In this document: in pieces, positions 11,406 through 28,276 of the stretch | How positions within the stretch are numbered: the first letter of the stretch is position 1 | Layout of the letters: each line of letters opens with the position of its first letter | NCBI GenBank assembly: GCA_950097015.1 | Contig: CATNEN010000034.1 | Location: 1,240,001 to 1,304,000 of the forward strand | Length of the DNA stretch: 64,000 nt | DNA from: Macrostomum hystrix | Taxonomy: Eukaryota > Animalia > Platyhelminthes | Direction: 5' to 3' | Program-made: the position numbers and the translations under genes | Notes under the pieces: generated by a model | Databases searched by the model: none | Told to the model about the DNA's origin: nothing | What the model saw: the letters and a program-made list of their open reading frames with translations, nothing else

Positions 11406-14400
11406 TCAGCAGGTGTACTTGCAGAAGAATTGCTGCAGAAAAGCGTACACCAGAAACACAATGTACAGCATGAACAGTATAGCGGCCAGTACTTTTCCTA
11501 CTCGAAATCTGGCAGCAATAATCATGCCATTTGTGATGAACAAGATGATGATGAGAATGATGCCAAACTTGACGTGAACTACCATCTTCATGCGGCCCTC
11601 GCAATAGTCTTTCTGCGAATTGCGAATGAGGCGGTGAGGAGGTCGTATTATAGTCGTCTGGATGGTGGTGAGGTAGGTATTATCAACCAATCCGGTGCAA
11701 GGAATAGGGGACGAAGTCTAAAGCGAAATGTCGTGAGGTGGGCGGTTATCAGCCAATCCGAGACAAGGGAGAGGGGTAGAGTCAAGGTTAAAGTTCGTAA
11801 GATGTGAAGTGGGCGGTAATCAGCCAATCCGAGACAAGGAAGAGATGAGAGAGTTCAAGCGAGAAGCCTTGAGTGGACGAATCCTTTACATTAAATCGTT
11901 CAAGAAATAAAGTCCAAATCCACCTTTTGATATTATTATGATAAAAATCGTTCAAGAAAGACCCTCTGAGCCAGGTTCGCTTACCCGTTCAGTTTCACTG
12001 AAAATGTCCAGGGGCTGGGCCTTGCCAACAATTAGCCGAATTAGGAACGGCAGGCCGAGACCCAGGTCGATGTCGAACACGTTGGAGCCGATGGCGTTGG
12101 ACACGGCCATGTCAGCAAAGCCGTCGCGGGCCACAATTATCGAGCTCAGCAGATCCTGAGCATAGGGATAAGTGAGCAATGTGAGGTGAGGGCAATTAGT
12201 TTCATACAGCCTGTCATGAAACACATTTAAAAAGACTCAAACCCCATTTGAAAGCTAAAAGGGCCCAGCTCACCGGTATGCTAGTACCAGCCGCCAGCAC
12301 AGTCATCGACATCACGAAGGTGTCAATGCCCAGCAGGCAGCCAAGCTTGGCCACCACTGTCACCATCACGAAGGAGATCGCCGCAATCCACAGGACCGAG
12401 ATGAAGAAGCTGACGAGAAAGTATTTCCTGGAATTGGAAAGAGAAAATATTATTATCACAGCTGGCCCTATTAAATCGTCAGATGTGCAGAAGACAGCAC
12501 AGCCGCAGCTATTGTGCAGCGCATCTGAAGGCCGCCGTACGGCTGTTCAGTCCATGGACTGGGGGAATGCCACACCCACCCTCAATTGCGTACCCCAGCT
12601 AATGCCGGTACCCATTTACAGCTGGCTGAACTGAAGCAATGCAGAGTTAAGTGTCTTGCTAAAGCACAGAAATTGTTACAGTGGAGTCGGGAATCGAACC
12701 CTGGACCTTCAAGTCGTGAGTCCGACGCTCTGACCACTAGTCTACAGTCCCCTAAGAAAGAGAGCAACCGTTAAAAATTGCTTTCCAAACTTTCACCTCA
12801 GGTGGGGCTTGGAGCAGTCGGGAATGGTCCAGCTGTAGGCGCACAAGAACGGAAATGCCAAGACAAAGACCATCCACTTCAGAATAAAGACTATCCACTG
12901 TCCGTCGCCCATTTCCGGTGACCGGCGAGGCGGTGCGCCCCGGATATCCGGACAGCAGGCGCAGCAGCAGGCGATCCGCGGCTCCTCCTCCTCCTCAGCC
13001 TCGGCGTCCTCGACTTTCTTGCCGACCTCTTCGGCGGCGTTCTCGACCTCGACCTCGCCGATGCCAGCTGGTTCAGCCTGGTCGGCCGGAACGATCTGGG
13101 TTTCGTCTTCCGCGTCGCGTCTCGACTCCTGCAGATGGGATGGATGAGATTAGCATAGGGATATCGAACCCACCAAACTGTACCCGCAACAACAAAAGCG
13201 GAAGGCAATGTTCAGCATGAAGACCTCGGCAATGGTGGAGATGGCCACCTGCTTCTCGCCCGCGCTGGTCAGCAGGCTGGTGCCGGTGCTGGGTGAATCC
13301 ATGCCCGACTGCCTGCGGTAGTCCAGCTGGGCGGAGGATTGATTGTTCAGATTGCGCAAGTCGCCTTCGCTGAGGGTGGCAGAGCTGTTTCGGCAGCTGC
13401 TCGGCACGCCGCTGTCGGCACCGTGCGTTGCCGACGCAGCGCCAAGACGCATCTGTGGTGTTGAAATTGCCTGGGTCGAGTTTTGTTTAGTTAGGATAAT
13501 ATATTTTTTGTTCTCAGTGTCATTTTAAAAAATCAATAATACTCACAGTAGTTCGCCTGCCGTCATCATCATGTGCGCCCTGACTGGCGCGTCTTCCTTC
13601 GGCGCGCAGGCTTGACCTGGAGCCATGTAGGCTTAGAAGCAGCGAATTTCGCCTGTCGTGCTTGAAGGCGCGCGGCTCCTTGCTGTTGCGCATGCTGACA
13701 GTCGACTGGGCTGCCGCCGCCTGGGAGCTCTGAGAGGAATGGAGGGTGTCATGGTGGGTGTCATGGCTAGGAATGGAGTGAGGTGGGTGTCATGGCTATG
13801 GATGGAGTGAGGTGTGTGTCATGGCTAGGAATGGAGTGATGTGGGTTTCATGACTATGGGTGGAGTGAGGTGGGTTTCATGACTATGGGTGGAGTGAGGT
13901 GGGTTTCATGGCTAGGAATGGGGTGAGGTGGATGTCATTGCTAGACATGGAGTGAGGTAGGTGTAATGACTATGGATGGAGTGAGGTGGGTGTCATGGCT
14001 AGGAATGGAGTGAGGTGGGTGTCATGGCTATCAATGGAGTGAGGTGGGTGTCTCTCTACTTAAGGATAGAGGCGTTAGCACATTAGAATTTACCAAATTT
14101 CAATATCACTCTAAACAGAGTTAAAATGTAATTTAAACATTTTTTTCGATTTTCTTCTGGTGCTGTGACGAGAAAAAGCGTCCCTGATCGGCGACCACTA
14201 TTTTAGCTGTCAAAGTTGATGTGTAAGTAAATTCAGAAAATTTTAATGCCAAAACTGCAGATAAATACCTGCGGCATGCTATGTCTGCGGAGGAGGTAAT
14301 ATAGAAAGATTGCTTACGTCCTGGCCCGCTGTCTTGAGTGGAAAGCTTTCAGCTTCAGATGATCAAAAGCTCTGACAAATCAGGCCCGGACCAACGAAAC

Positions 14401-17400
14401 CTTACATATGCAGCTGTGAGTCTCTCATTTTTCCTTTGATTGTAAAGCCCAGACTCTCTCTTTGCTGAAGATTATTTCAGATTATTTTTATCACAGCAAA
14501 CCACCAAGCTCAAAGGTGCTCACCGTTTGCTCACTGCTCACCGGCTCCATCTGCGCTTCCATTTCAGTTGGCTCCACCTTTGTGCTGCATGGCCATGAAA
14601 GTGTTTGGGCAATGGGTGCGCATGACTAATCTGAATTACTATACTGCATTAGCAATAATGAGAACTATTTAGATAAAAAATAGATAACTGGGCCTTCCTT
14701 TGACCTTTTCTTCACTCGCCGCAAAATGAGATCTACCTCAACTCTTTTCACGAAACCCACCTAACCACCTTACTCCATCTCGCGACACCCACCTCACTCG
14801 CTCTCAACACCCACCTCACTCCTTCGACATCCAACCCAACTCCCTCTCTCGACACCCACCTCACTCCCTCTCTCGACATCCACCTCACTCCTTTCGACAC
14901 CCACTTTTGTGTAATGATCGATGCTGGCTAGCCGACGTGCAGTCTTTCTCTTTCTCTCTCAGTGCACATGCCCCCCATTGACGCGTACAATGTACATTGC
15001 TCACTGCACTTGACTAAACAATAATATATATATCGGCTCTCTGCCCATCGCTGGCTTTAAGCGTTTCGTAGCTCGCACATACTCGCCTTGAAATCTAACA
15101 TAACACCCACCTCACTCGCTCTCGACACCCACCTCACTCCCTCTTTCGACACCCGCCTCACTCCCTCTCTCGATATCCACCTCACTCCTTTCGACATCCA
15201 ACCTCACTCCCTCTCCCGACACTCACCTCAATTTCTCTCTGACACCAACATCCACCAACAACCACTCTCTCTCCCTCTCAACATCCACCTTACTCCTTCA
15301 TTAGACACCCAATGAGTCCATATCACTGCTTCGATTGGGTTTCACCATTTCACCATTCGGCAACTTACCTTCGGTTGCAGCAAAACTCTTCGAGTCTTGT
15401 CAGCTGCTCCATCAGTCGCTGGTTGAACACCATAATTACAATGTACAGAGCATACAAAACTAGCAGCACGACAGCTTCGTAAATTTGCATCAGGCTGTCC
15501 ATCACCATGATGATGAAATAGATAATTGAGATCAGGTAGAAAACGGAATCTCTGAACAGGGGGCGCCAGTCAAGATGCAGGAGCTAAGAATCAAAGACAA
15601 TTGGAGCACACTTATAAAGATAGAGTAACATTAGAGACAAATGGGCATTATAGAGAATTAAGATGCGGCTGCACTCACCCGCCCAGCGAATGCTGCCGAC
15701 AGGGACACAATCACCAGGATGTTGAACACAGCGGACCTGGTTGGTTATACCGGTTCCACTTGATCAATAAATTGTTCAGGTGTATGTTGGATGCCAACAT
15801 CGCCATGCCTCAGGTGTATTTGGATCCCCATCCCTCAGGTGTATTTAGATCGCCATGCCTCAGGTATATTTGGATCGCCATCCCTCAGGTGTATTTAGAT
15901 CGCCATCCCTCAGGTGTATTTAGATCGCCATGCCTCAGGTGTATTTGGATCGCCATCCCTCAGGTGTATTTAGATCGCCATCCTTCAGGTGTATTTAGAT
16001 CGCCATGCCTCAGGTGTATTTGGATCGCCATCCCACAGGTGTATTTGGATCGCCATCCCTCAGGTGTATTTGGATCGCCATGCCTCAGGTGAATTTAGAT
16101 CGCCATCCCTCAGGTGTATTTGGATCGCCATGCCTCAGGTGTATTTGGATCGCCATCCCTCAGGTATATTTGGATCGCCATGCCTCAGGTGTATTTGGAT
16201 CGCCATGCCTCAGGTGTATTTGGATCGCCATCCCTCAGGTGTATTTGGATCGCCATCCCTCAGGTGTATTTGGATCGCCATCCCTCAGGTGTATTTGGAT
16301 CGCCATCCCTCAGGTGTATTTGGATCGCCATCCCTCAGGTGTATTTGGATCGCCATGCCTCAGGTGTATTTGGATCGCCATCCCTCAGGTGTATTTGGAT
16401 CGCCATCCCTCAGCTGTATTTGGATCGCCATGCCTCAGGTGTATTTGGATCGCCATCCCTCAGGTATATTTGGATCGCCATGCCTCAGGTGTATTTGGAT
16501 CGCCATGCCTCAGGTGTATTTGGATCGCCATCCCTCAGGTGTATTTGGATCGCCATGCCTCAGGTGTATTTGGATCGCCATCCCTCAGGTGTATTTGGAT
16601 CGCCATCCCTCAGGTGTATTTGGATCGCCATCCCTCAGGTGTATTTGGATCGCCATCCCTCAGGTATATTTGGATCGCCATGCCTCAGGTATATTTGGAT
16701 CGCCATGCCTCAGGTTGCATTATAATTTGAATAATTCTTAACCCTTGACAATTCCGTGCACTTTTAGGTAGCTCTACAACAGGGCCCTGGGCCATCTGGA
16801 ATTCCTAGAAATGTAATAAACAATTCGCCGATCAGCCTACCCGGCGATGGTACCCACGCCGGCGTCTGAGTCCATAGCAACGGCAGCCACCGAGCTGAAC
16901 AGCTCAGGCGCAGAGCTGCCGGCAGCCATGAAGGTGGCTCCGGCCACATCCTCTGACAGTTTTAACTTCTCGGAAATCGCCTCCAGCGACGGCACAAAGA
17001 AGTCGTCGCAGACAATGGCGACAGCTGCGGCGGAGTGTGAATTGCATCAAATAGGTAATAAATAACTAGGAAATAATCAATAAATGCCACCCGGTTGATG
17101 TGGCTGAATGAGGCTGGGGCAGTTAACGTTCGTAGATCCACTGAGCGATACCCTCCACCTCTATCTCTCTCTCTATGGATGACTCGTTGCCCAGGTAACG
17201 GCAAACACTCAGCAATTGTAATGGGTCCAGCTAGAAAGGGTGACAAGGGTGACAATCCTCACAAGCAGCTGGCAACAGGCCCGCAGCCAGCGGCTTCATG
17301 TACTGTCTGATTAATAATTGTTTCTTGATAATTTATTGCTAAACTATTTCCAGCTAATTGGAAAACTACTCACGTACGAAGAACAGATGAACTCACTTCG

Positions 17401-20400
17401 GTCTGATAAAAACAATAATAAAGATAAACAAGAATAAAAAAGCAATAAAGTATACTTATATCAAATAATTATAAAAATGATAACAGATTTGTTCATTCAG
17501 GCTCCATCCAGTCCATGGACTGGGAAGGTGGCTTTCCCAAATTGTTCCAGTCGGTAAACGAACCAACGACAATCAAGTCGTTAGTCTGACTGACACTCTA
17601 ACCTTTTCGGTCACAAACCATATCAAAGGAAAATCAAAAAGCAATGATTTCGAGGGTGGAAAGTTGAGCATGCCCAGAGCTCACCGATGAACATGAGCAC
17701 AGTGAGGAACACGTAGAGAGCGATAAAGGCGCCGCCATAACCGGTGCCCGCCTCAACGTCGCAGGTCTCCAAGGAGAAGCCCGGCTGCTTGCCGAACACA
17801 ATGCCGCAGGTGCCGGTGTAGCTCCAGTTGGAGGCTGCCGAGGACGACAGGAGGCGACGACTGACGACCCCTGGGCGGATGGCCGAGAGAGATCGAGTAG
17901 GATATCAGCTGGAATGCTCAAACAGTGTTCAAGTCTGAGAAGCTAATGATGCAACTGAGAAGCTAATGATGCAACTGAGAAGCTAATGATGCAACTGAGA
18001 AGCTAATGATGCAACTGAGAAGCTAATGATGCAACTGAGAAGCTAATGATGCAACTGAGAAGCTAATGATGCAACTGAGAAGCGAATGATGCAACTGAGA
18101 AGCTAATGATGCAACTGAGAAGCTAATGCTGTACAACTGAGAAGCTGATGATGCAACTGAGAAGCTAATGCTGCAACTGAGAAGCTAATGATGCAACTGA
18201 GAGGCTAATGATGCAACTGAGAAGCTAATGATGCAACTGAGAAGCTAATGATGCAACTGAGAAGCGAATGATGCAACTGAGAAGCTAATGATGCAACTGA
18301 GAAGCGAATGATGCAACTGAGAAGCTAATGATGCAACTGAGAAGCTAATGCTGTACAACTGAGAAGCTGATGATGCAACTGAGAAGCTAATGCTGCAACT
18401 GAGAAGCTAATGATGCAACTGAGAAGCTAATGATGCAACTGAGAAGCTAATGATGCAACTGAGAAGCTATTGATGCAACTGAGAAGCTAATGCTGCAACT
18501 GAGAAGCTAATGATGCAACTGAGAAGCTAATGATGCAACTGAGAAGCTAATGATGCAACTGAGAAGCTAATGATGCAACTGAGAAGCTAATGCTGCAACT
18601 GAGAAGCTAATGATGCAACTGAGAAGCTAATGATGCAACTGAGAAGCTAATGATGCAACTGAGAAGCTAATGATGCAACTGAGAAGCTAATGCTGCAACT
18701 GAGAAGCTAATGATGCAACTGAGAAGCTAATGATGCAACTGAGAAGCTGATGATGCAACTGAGAAGCTAATGATGCAACTGAGAAGCTAGCAATTGATCA
18801 ATGAACCTAATCAGAAGAAGCTTTTGGCAAGACTGAAAAGCTAATGTTTTAGAAATTACGAAAAGAAGAAGTTAATTATAAAAGTTTTAGAAATAATGTA
18901 GAGATAGGGGTGAAGAAATTTCAGAAATGATGTACTATCTAGAAAAGGATGACTAGAAGAAGAAGCAAAATTAGAAGACACGAGAACAGAGAAGCTCAGA
19001 GATTCTGCTCAGCCTACTGTCGGCTGTCCCACCCTGTCTCACTTTGCTAATCATTTCTCGACCAAGTTCTATTTCCCATGCGCATTAATTAGGTCGAACC
19101 GAATGCCGCCGCAGCCGCCCTTCTCTCTCCGCGCCGAAAACCAACCCTCGAGTTCAGCGTCCGACTATTAGCCGAATTCGCTAATTACACCTTGACCAAT
19201 TCTACTGTTGACTAAAAGTGCAAAGTTACTAGCGGGGGGAAAATAGGACAATAGTCTTTCAATGTAACTTTTTTCTTCACCTGTCAGCCCAGCCAAAGTA
19301 CTAAATAGCGACCTGAATACGCCCTCATCTCTCACCCAACCGTGTTAGCTCAGCCTTCTTAGCAAAGTATAGTTTCGTGGTTGCCATGACAACAGGACAA
19401 ACAAGATTGCATTATACGCTGGAGCGGCGTATTTGGGATAGAGAAACAATTGAATGACTATCAGCGTCTGTCTCACCTCCGTCTGTCTCAGGGATAATAA
19501 ACAGACTGATGGATAATGAACAGACTGATGGATAATGAACAGACTGATGGATAATGAACAGACTGATGGATAATGAACAGACTGATGGATAATGAACAGA
19601 CTGATGGATAATGAACAGACTGATGGATAATGAACAGACTGATGGATAATAAACAGACTGATGCATAATATACAGACTGATGGATAATATACAGACTGAT
19701 GGATAATAAACAGACTGATGCATAATATACAGACTGATGGATAATATACAGACTGATGGATAATGAAAAGGCTGAGGATAATGAAAAGACTGATGGGATA
19801 ATGAAAAGACTGAGGATAATGAAAAGACTGATGGGATAATGAAAAGACTGAGGGGGATATCAAAACTAAGGGTTCAAACAATATAAAACGGAGAGGCATG
19901 ACTGAATAGCATCGTAATTAAAGGTGATGATATAAAAACAAACGAGACAGCTTGCCACCCGAGTGGACAATTAAAAGACGAAGTGATTTACAAACTCAAG
20001 AATCAATTTTTGAGGTGTTTGCGTGAAAAAAATTAAAGTTGTTTGGTTATTAACTAAAGTACATCGCTGTGACTTAGTTTTCCCTTCATTAGTTTGTGGG
20101 GTAAACAGATTGAGTTTTGAAAAGACTAGGTAAAATACGTTGGTTAATTCGGGCAAAGTTTAAAATAAAAATCTAAACTTCCTTAGCAATTCAACCTTCC
20201 TTGTGGGGCATATTTGTGCCTTGAGTGTCCGCTTAATTATTCACCAACTGCGCCCACTCATGTCACAATGGGTGGGCTTGGGAGTTGTGAGTTTAGGCTC
20301 AATGGCAAATGCTGCAGCCGGAAGATCAAGGCTGCTAGCTGTTTATTGTGACTGCAGTCAACCTCGCGCTGAAGAAACTGTTGCCAATGTTTTATTCGTT

Positions 20401-21121
20401 TCCATGGCAACCAACCAAGCCAATTATCTGGCCCTTCAATGTAGTTTTGTATTACAGAACTGCTGCTGCTGCTGCAGTTTCCATTTCGAAGCACAATATG
20501 TCACTCAACACCTGCTCCCCCACTCCATTCCTCAACCTTCTTATTTACGAGTAGAACCGTATTATTAGATAATTGTCACGGTTTTCAAACCAAGATTTCA
20601 TTCCTTCCAATCTATAATAAATTTATAGATTCTACAGGTATATTATCAATGGCAGTTTGCCCAGACGATGAGAAAAAAAGTCAGGCCAGGTCTACTCGTA
20701 GCGAAGATTTTTATCTAGGGGGGCCGCGCCCCTTAGGGGCGCCAGTACCATGGGGTGCCAGTACCATGGGGCACCAGTACCATGGGGCGCCAGTACCATG
20801 GGGCGCCAGTACCATGGGGCGCCAGTACCATTGTGCTCAGGAGTCAGCGAATTGGGCAGAATTGTCTCCACGCTGGCTGCGGGTCTACTACGACCTAAAT
20901 TATGCACCAGTGCCAACAGCCCCGAGAAATGGGGATCTACAATCCTCAGTCTCACTGGATTCATCAGCCAGACGTTGCGGCTTCAGCAGCCAGCCGGACA
21001 GCAGCAGGCCGACGATGGCGCCGCTCAGGAGGACGCTGACGAGCGGATGCGGCGGCCGCGCCGGCAGCAGTTTGGAGTAGCCGAGGCAGCGCTCCCACTG
21101 CCGCCTCCGGCGTGAGGCCAT
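11406..21121 (-). CDS. K+-dependent Na+/Ca2+ exchanger (SLC24/NCKX family)
   Basis: Minus-strand exons 21121-20956, 17870-17685, 17024-16841, 15736-15679, 15583-15369, 14584-14524, 13729-13547, about 13470-13250, about 13130-12797, 12427-12274, 12155 to about 12030, and a last exon ending at 11406. Alpha-1 repeat [14 protein letters not shown]...GSAVFNIL; alpha-2 repeat [14 protein letters not shown]...[15 protein letters not shown]; N-terminal SRRLL. The first exon and loop exons are less certain. Confidence 0.88.
12480..12746 (-). mobile_element. CORE-like SINE copy inside an NCKX intron
   Basis: High similarity to 10318-10590 and 61729-62040, with the tRNA-like head at 12680-12746. Confidence 0.85.
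13735..14052. repeat. 29-bp minisatellite (ggagtgaggtgggtgtcatggctaggaat)n in NCKX intron
   Basis: About 11 copies abutting the acceptor at 13730. Confidence 0.9.
14750..15312. repeat. About 24-bp degenerate minisatellite (gacacccacctcactccctctctc)n, interrupted by a ~190-bp insert
   Basis: Two blocks, 14750-14905 and 15100-15312. Confidence 0.85.
15800..16715. repeat. 25-bp minisatellite (caggtgtatttggatcgccatccct)n in NCKX intron 3
   Basis: About 36 copies; explains four overlapping repeat ORFs. Confidence 0.95.
17936..18790. repeat. 20-bp minisatellite (gagaagctaatgatgcaact)n in NCKX intron 1
   Basis: About 42 copies seen directly. Confidence 0.95.
19493..19850. repeat. 19-bp minisatellite (gactgatggataatgaaca)n
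   Basis: About 18 copies; shares the core gatggataa with the 556-786 array. Confidence 0.9.
20730..20832. repeat. 16-bp repeat (ggggcgccagtaccat)n
   Basis: About 6 copies seen directly. Confidence 0.85.
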
Positions 21122-21684
21122 GAACAGGCGGACCATTCGAGGCTGGGGCTTCTGTCACGTGACACAAGCACTCTAGACTGCCGAGAAGGAATTCATGCCG
21201 CGTTTCTGTCATTCCAGGTCATATTTATGCACTCATAAATGCATGCTAGCTAGGCAGATAGCTGCGTAGGCGAAAACAAGTCAACCAGGACAGACGACTA
21301 AACCGGGAGCTCCAATGAGAGGCCAATAGTGCTAACAGGCGGGCTTGGGATCAGGGAAAAAGAGGGGAAATTATCGGCAACCTACGACTCAGAGTGGGGA
21401 CAGGTTGGTGAACTGCAGCTTATTGGTTAGTCCAGTTAAGAGTAAGACAGTAGGAGATATGTAGGCCGGGTGTACTTTTAGCCTAGCGAGTGTGTTGCCA
21501 GATTTTAGTTGGAAAATAATCCTATTAATGCTATATCAAAATCACTTCGACGGAAGAACTTTTCTACCTTAGCAGCGCACTGTTGAAGATCGATTTTCGA
21601 TTTTTACAAGGTCGACGACGAATTGAGTTATTGCTCAGTTTTGGTTCAATTTATCTATACTTGTAGTCTAGAATTATAATGTTT

Positions 21685-22437
21685 TGCTAAGCTCCCTACA
21701 AACCTCAAGCTGAGCTCCTAAAAACCTCAAGCTGAGCTCCCTACAAACCTCAAGCTGAGCTCCCTACAAACCTCAATCTGAGCTCCTAAAAACCTCAAGC
21801 TGAGCTCCCTACAAACCTCAATCTGAGCTCCCTACAAACCTCAATCTGAGCTCCTAAAAACTCAAGCTGAGCTCCCTAAAAACCTCAAGCTGAGCTCCCT
21901 AAAAACCTCAAGCTGAGCTCCCTACAAACCTTAATCTGAGCTCCCTACAAACCTCAAGCTGAGTTCCCTAAAAACCTCAAGCTGAGCTCCCTACAAACCT
22001 CAAGCTGAGCTCCCTACAAACCTCAAGCTGAGCTCCCTACAAACCTTAATCTGAGCTCCCTACAAACCTCAAGCTGAGTTCCCTAAAAACCTCAAGCTGA
22101 GCTCCCTACAAACATCAAGCTGAGCTCCCTACAAACCTTAATCTGAGCTCCCTACAAACCTCAAGCTGAGTTCCCTAAAAACCTCAAGCTGAGCTCCCTA
22201 CAAACCTCAAGCTGAGCTCCCTACAAACCTCAAGCTGAGCTCCCTACAAACCTTAATCTGAGCTCCCTACAAACCTCAAGCTGAGTTCCCTAAAAACCTC
22301 AAGCTGAGCTCCCTACAAACCTCAAGCTGAGCTCCCTACAAACCTTAATCTGAGCTCCCTACAAACCTCAAGCTGAGTTCCCTAAAAACCTCAAGCTGAG
22401 CTCCCTACAAACCTCAAGCTGAGCTCTCTACAAGCTG
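21685..22437. repeat. 23-bp minisatellite (ctcaagctgagctccctacaaac)n with higher-order structure
   Basis: About 32 copies; the variant block cttaatctgag... / ...gagttccctaaaaac recurs five times. Confidence 0.95.
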
Positions 22438-24984
22438 AAACTAATTGTTTAAGGCTTGGAACTAAGATTTATAAATGTCTGCTTGCTTAAAAGCACTATT
22501 ATAAACAGACAAAAAAACTGAAAAATAACGACAGAAGGCAGATGAATATTTTTTTGTTAAATTTTCTTCTTTAAACGGCATTGGCTGTCAGCTCTCTTCT
22601 CAGTTCTTGTACTATTCTTTCCACTTCCGGTTGTCTTTCTAGTAGTTACCTAAATTTCTTTGCCTTCAGATAGACAGATTGCAGCACGGGGATGGTTTTG
22701 GGGAGCGGCAAAGCAAAGAGAGAAAGGAAAACTATTAGCGCCAGCCTCGAACTGAGGCTGTAGCAAAACAGACGGAAAACACGCGACCCAACAGTGTCTC
22801 TCTACTCATCCCTTACAAGCGTCCAAATTAAACGTAAGCGTAACAAAGGAGACACAGAGAAACAAAACACAAAGTCGAAAATAAGGAACACGGGAACACA
22901 GAAAAACAATTGACAGAATTCGCCAACAAATGAAGCGCGGGAGCAAAAAAAATAATAATAACCAACCGAGGCCAACAGAAGTGGCCGGGTTAATTCAATT
23001 GGTCTACAGGTACAAGCAACTCCTGCCAAAAAAGAGAGACACGAAAAGAAAAACAAGAAACAAAACATAGTAAGCAACGATAGATTGCTGCGAGTATAAA
23101 TCTGATTTTTCTTCTGATCTTACTCGTAAAACAACAGAGCACACAGGTAGGGGAGACAGAGCGGCAGAGGTGTACAAACAGAATCTTCTCGACTTGAAAT
23201 CAATATTTAGATGGGATATGGAATAATAAATATTACATAGCTAAACGGTAGATTAGCAAAGTATTACCAGAAAACAGTTTAGTTGTCAAGCACTATTAAT
23301 AATATGAGAGAAATGACAAGCTAATTGTTGCCTCAGCGGTCAATCAAGTGCTCAAGTTCTATTTAGTTGGCAAAATGCTGTTGATAAGGTCCCAGGTGCA
23401 AATCGGAGTGCTTAGCAATGTGATAAATCAGCTAAAATCAAATGATATATAGCATATTTAAATGAAGGTAAAATATCTGATTTTAGCCTGGGAATTCAGA
23501 CGCCCCAACCCAGTTCTCCAGGTCTCACAAATTAATTAATAATAGTAACAAAAACTACTCGATGACTCGAACAGCGAAGTAAAATTACACAAAAATAGCC
23601 GATACCGACAGTCTAGGGAAGAAAAGCGGGCGCAAGCCATACAACACGCTACTCACACTACTGCCAAGTAGAACACTCGGCGTGTGGGCAAACATGTTTT
23701 CATAAAAAAAGAAAAATGAAAAATATTAAAGAAGGACCAGTTGGTGTTGATTAATTTCGATCAGAAAAATCATTTAATAAATAAAAGATGTACTTTAACA
23801 TAAGTTTTTGGATGAAAGACCTTGGAGAACTGTTGTCTTTTCTTGCCAATTTGTCATAGACTAACCGCATATCGGGATGGCGACAAATCTTCCACTGAGG
23901 CTTACCACAGAATAGATAAGATGTATATTAGTTTTCAGAGAAGGGCATTTCGGCAACCTTTTCCATTTAGTGCAAGCATGTTTGAAACAAAACAAAATTA
24001 ACAAATACAGAGGCGTAGAGTGAGACACACGCAGTTAATTGCCTTGCATGTGTGTATAATGCATTTGTTTCACAATATATAATTTCATAGTATATAGAGT
24101 TATATAGGTATAAACTTTTCAAACTACACAACAGGATTGAAAAAAGACACAAGCATGAGGACGCGGACAAAGAGAGCACATGGATACAAACGGAGATTAA
24201 ATATTGAAGTAGACAAACTGATTTACGCCTGTTAGATCCATCATATAGCTGGGACTATCGTGCGTTTGTCTGAATTTGTACTAATTGAAATAGTAAAAAA
24301 AACAATGTATCTGGGACTGTCTAATACAGCTCAGAGAACAGGCGGAGCCGCCAGAGAGACACGGGCGCGAGGACAGCCAGCTAAGAGAGCCAGAGAGTCT
24401 AAACAAACAGACAGCCAATCCGCAGTATATTTGACGCATCTGTCAGTATTATAATAGTAATAATAATTATTATTTTGTTACTTATTTTGTTATTATTTGC
24501 AGTCTAATAAAGTCGAATGCGTTAGAGGGGCGCTGAACCTGAAAAAATCACTCACTCGAACACAGAATAATTAGGAAGGATATAGCAACTGTTCTTTATT
24601 ATATTAACTATATTTAGTGAAGCCAGTGCAGGATGTGAGGATATATGATTTTTAACAACCAGAAGACCAATAATAAAATTGAGATAAATTTACTTAGAAC
24701 AAAGTTAACTAATAGTGGGGCCCAGACACAGAACGACAATCAGACAACCACGGGAAGAGAGAATGCATAACTGCTATTAGATTACTTATGATGATTACGT
24801 TGGTTATTATTAATCAGCCTCATTGTTTATAGATCGAACACGGACCACCGGAACCTGGACTGACCAAAAAATGTTTTAGGGGGGAAAAAAGAGATTTTAT
24901 TTAACTGAAACAAGCAGATTTTTTTTACTGAAACGGTGCTTCTGCCAGGCTCCGGGGGAGAATCCGATTTGCTGCATTGAGCTA

Positions 24985-28276
<3,292 letters not shown>

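Noticed and set aside
21685-22437. CRISPR-like appearance of 23-36 bp repeats with small hairpins
   Set aside because: Units are directly adjacent with no unique spacers, there are no cas genes, and the context is eukaryotic.
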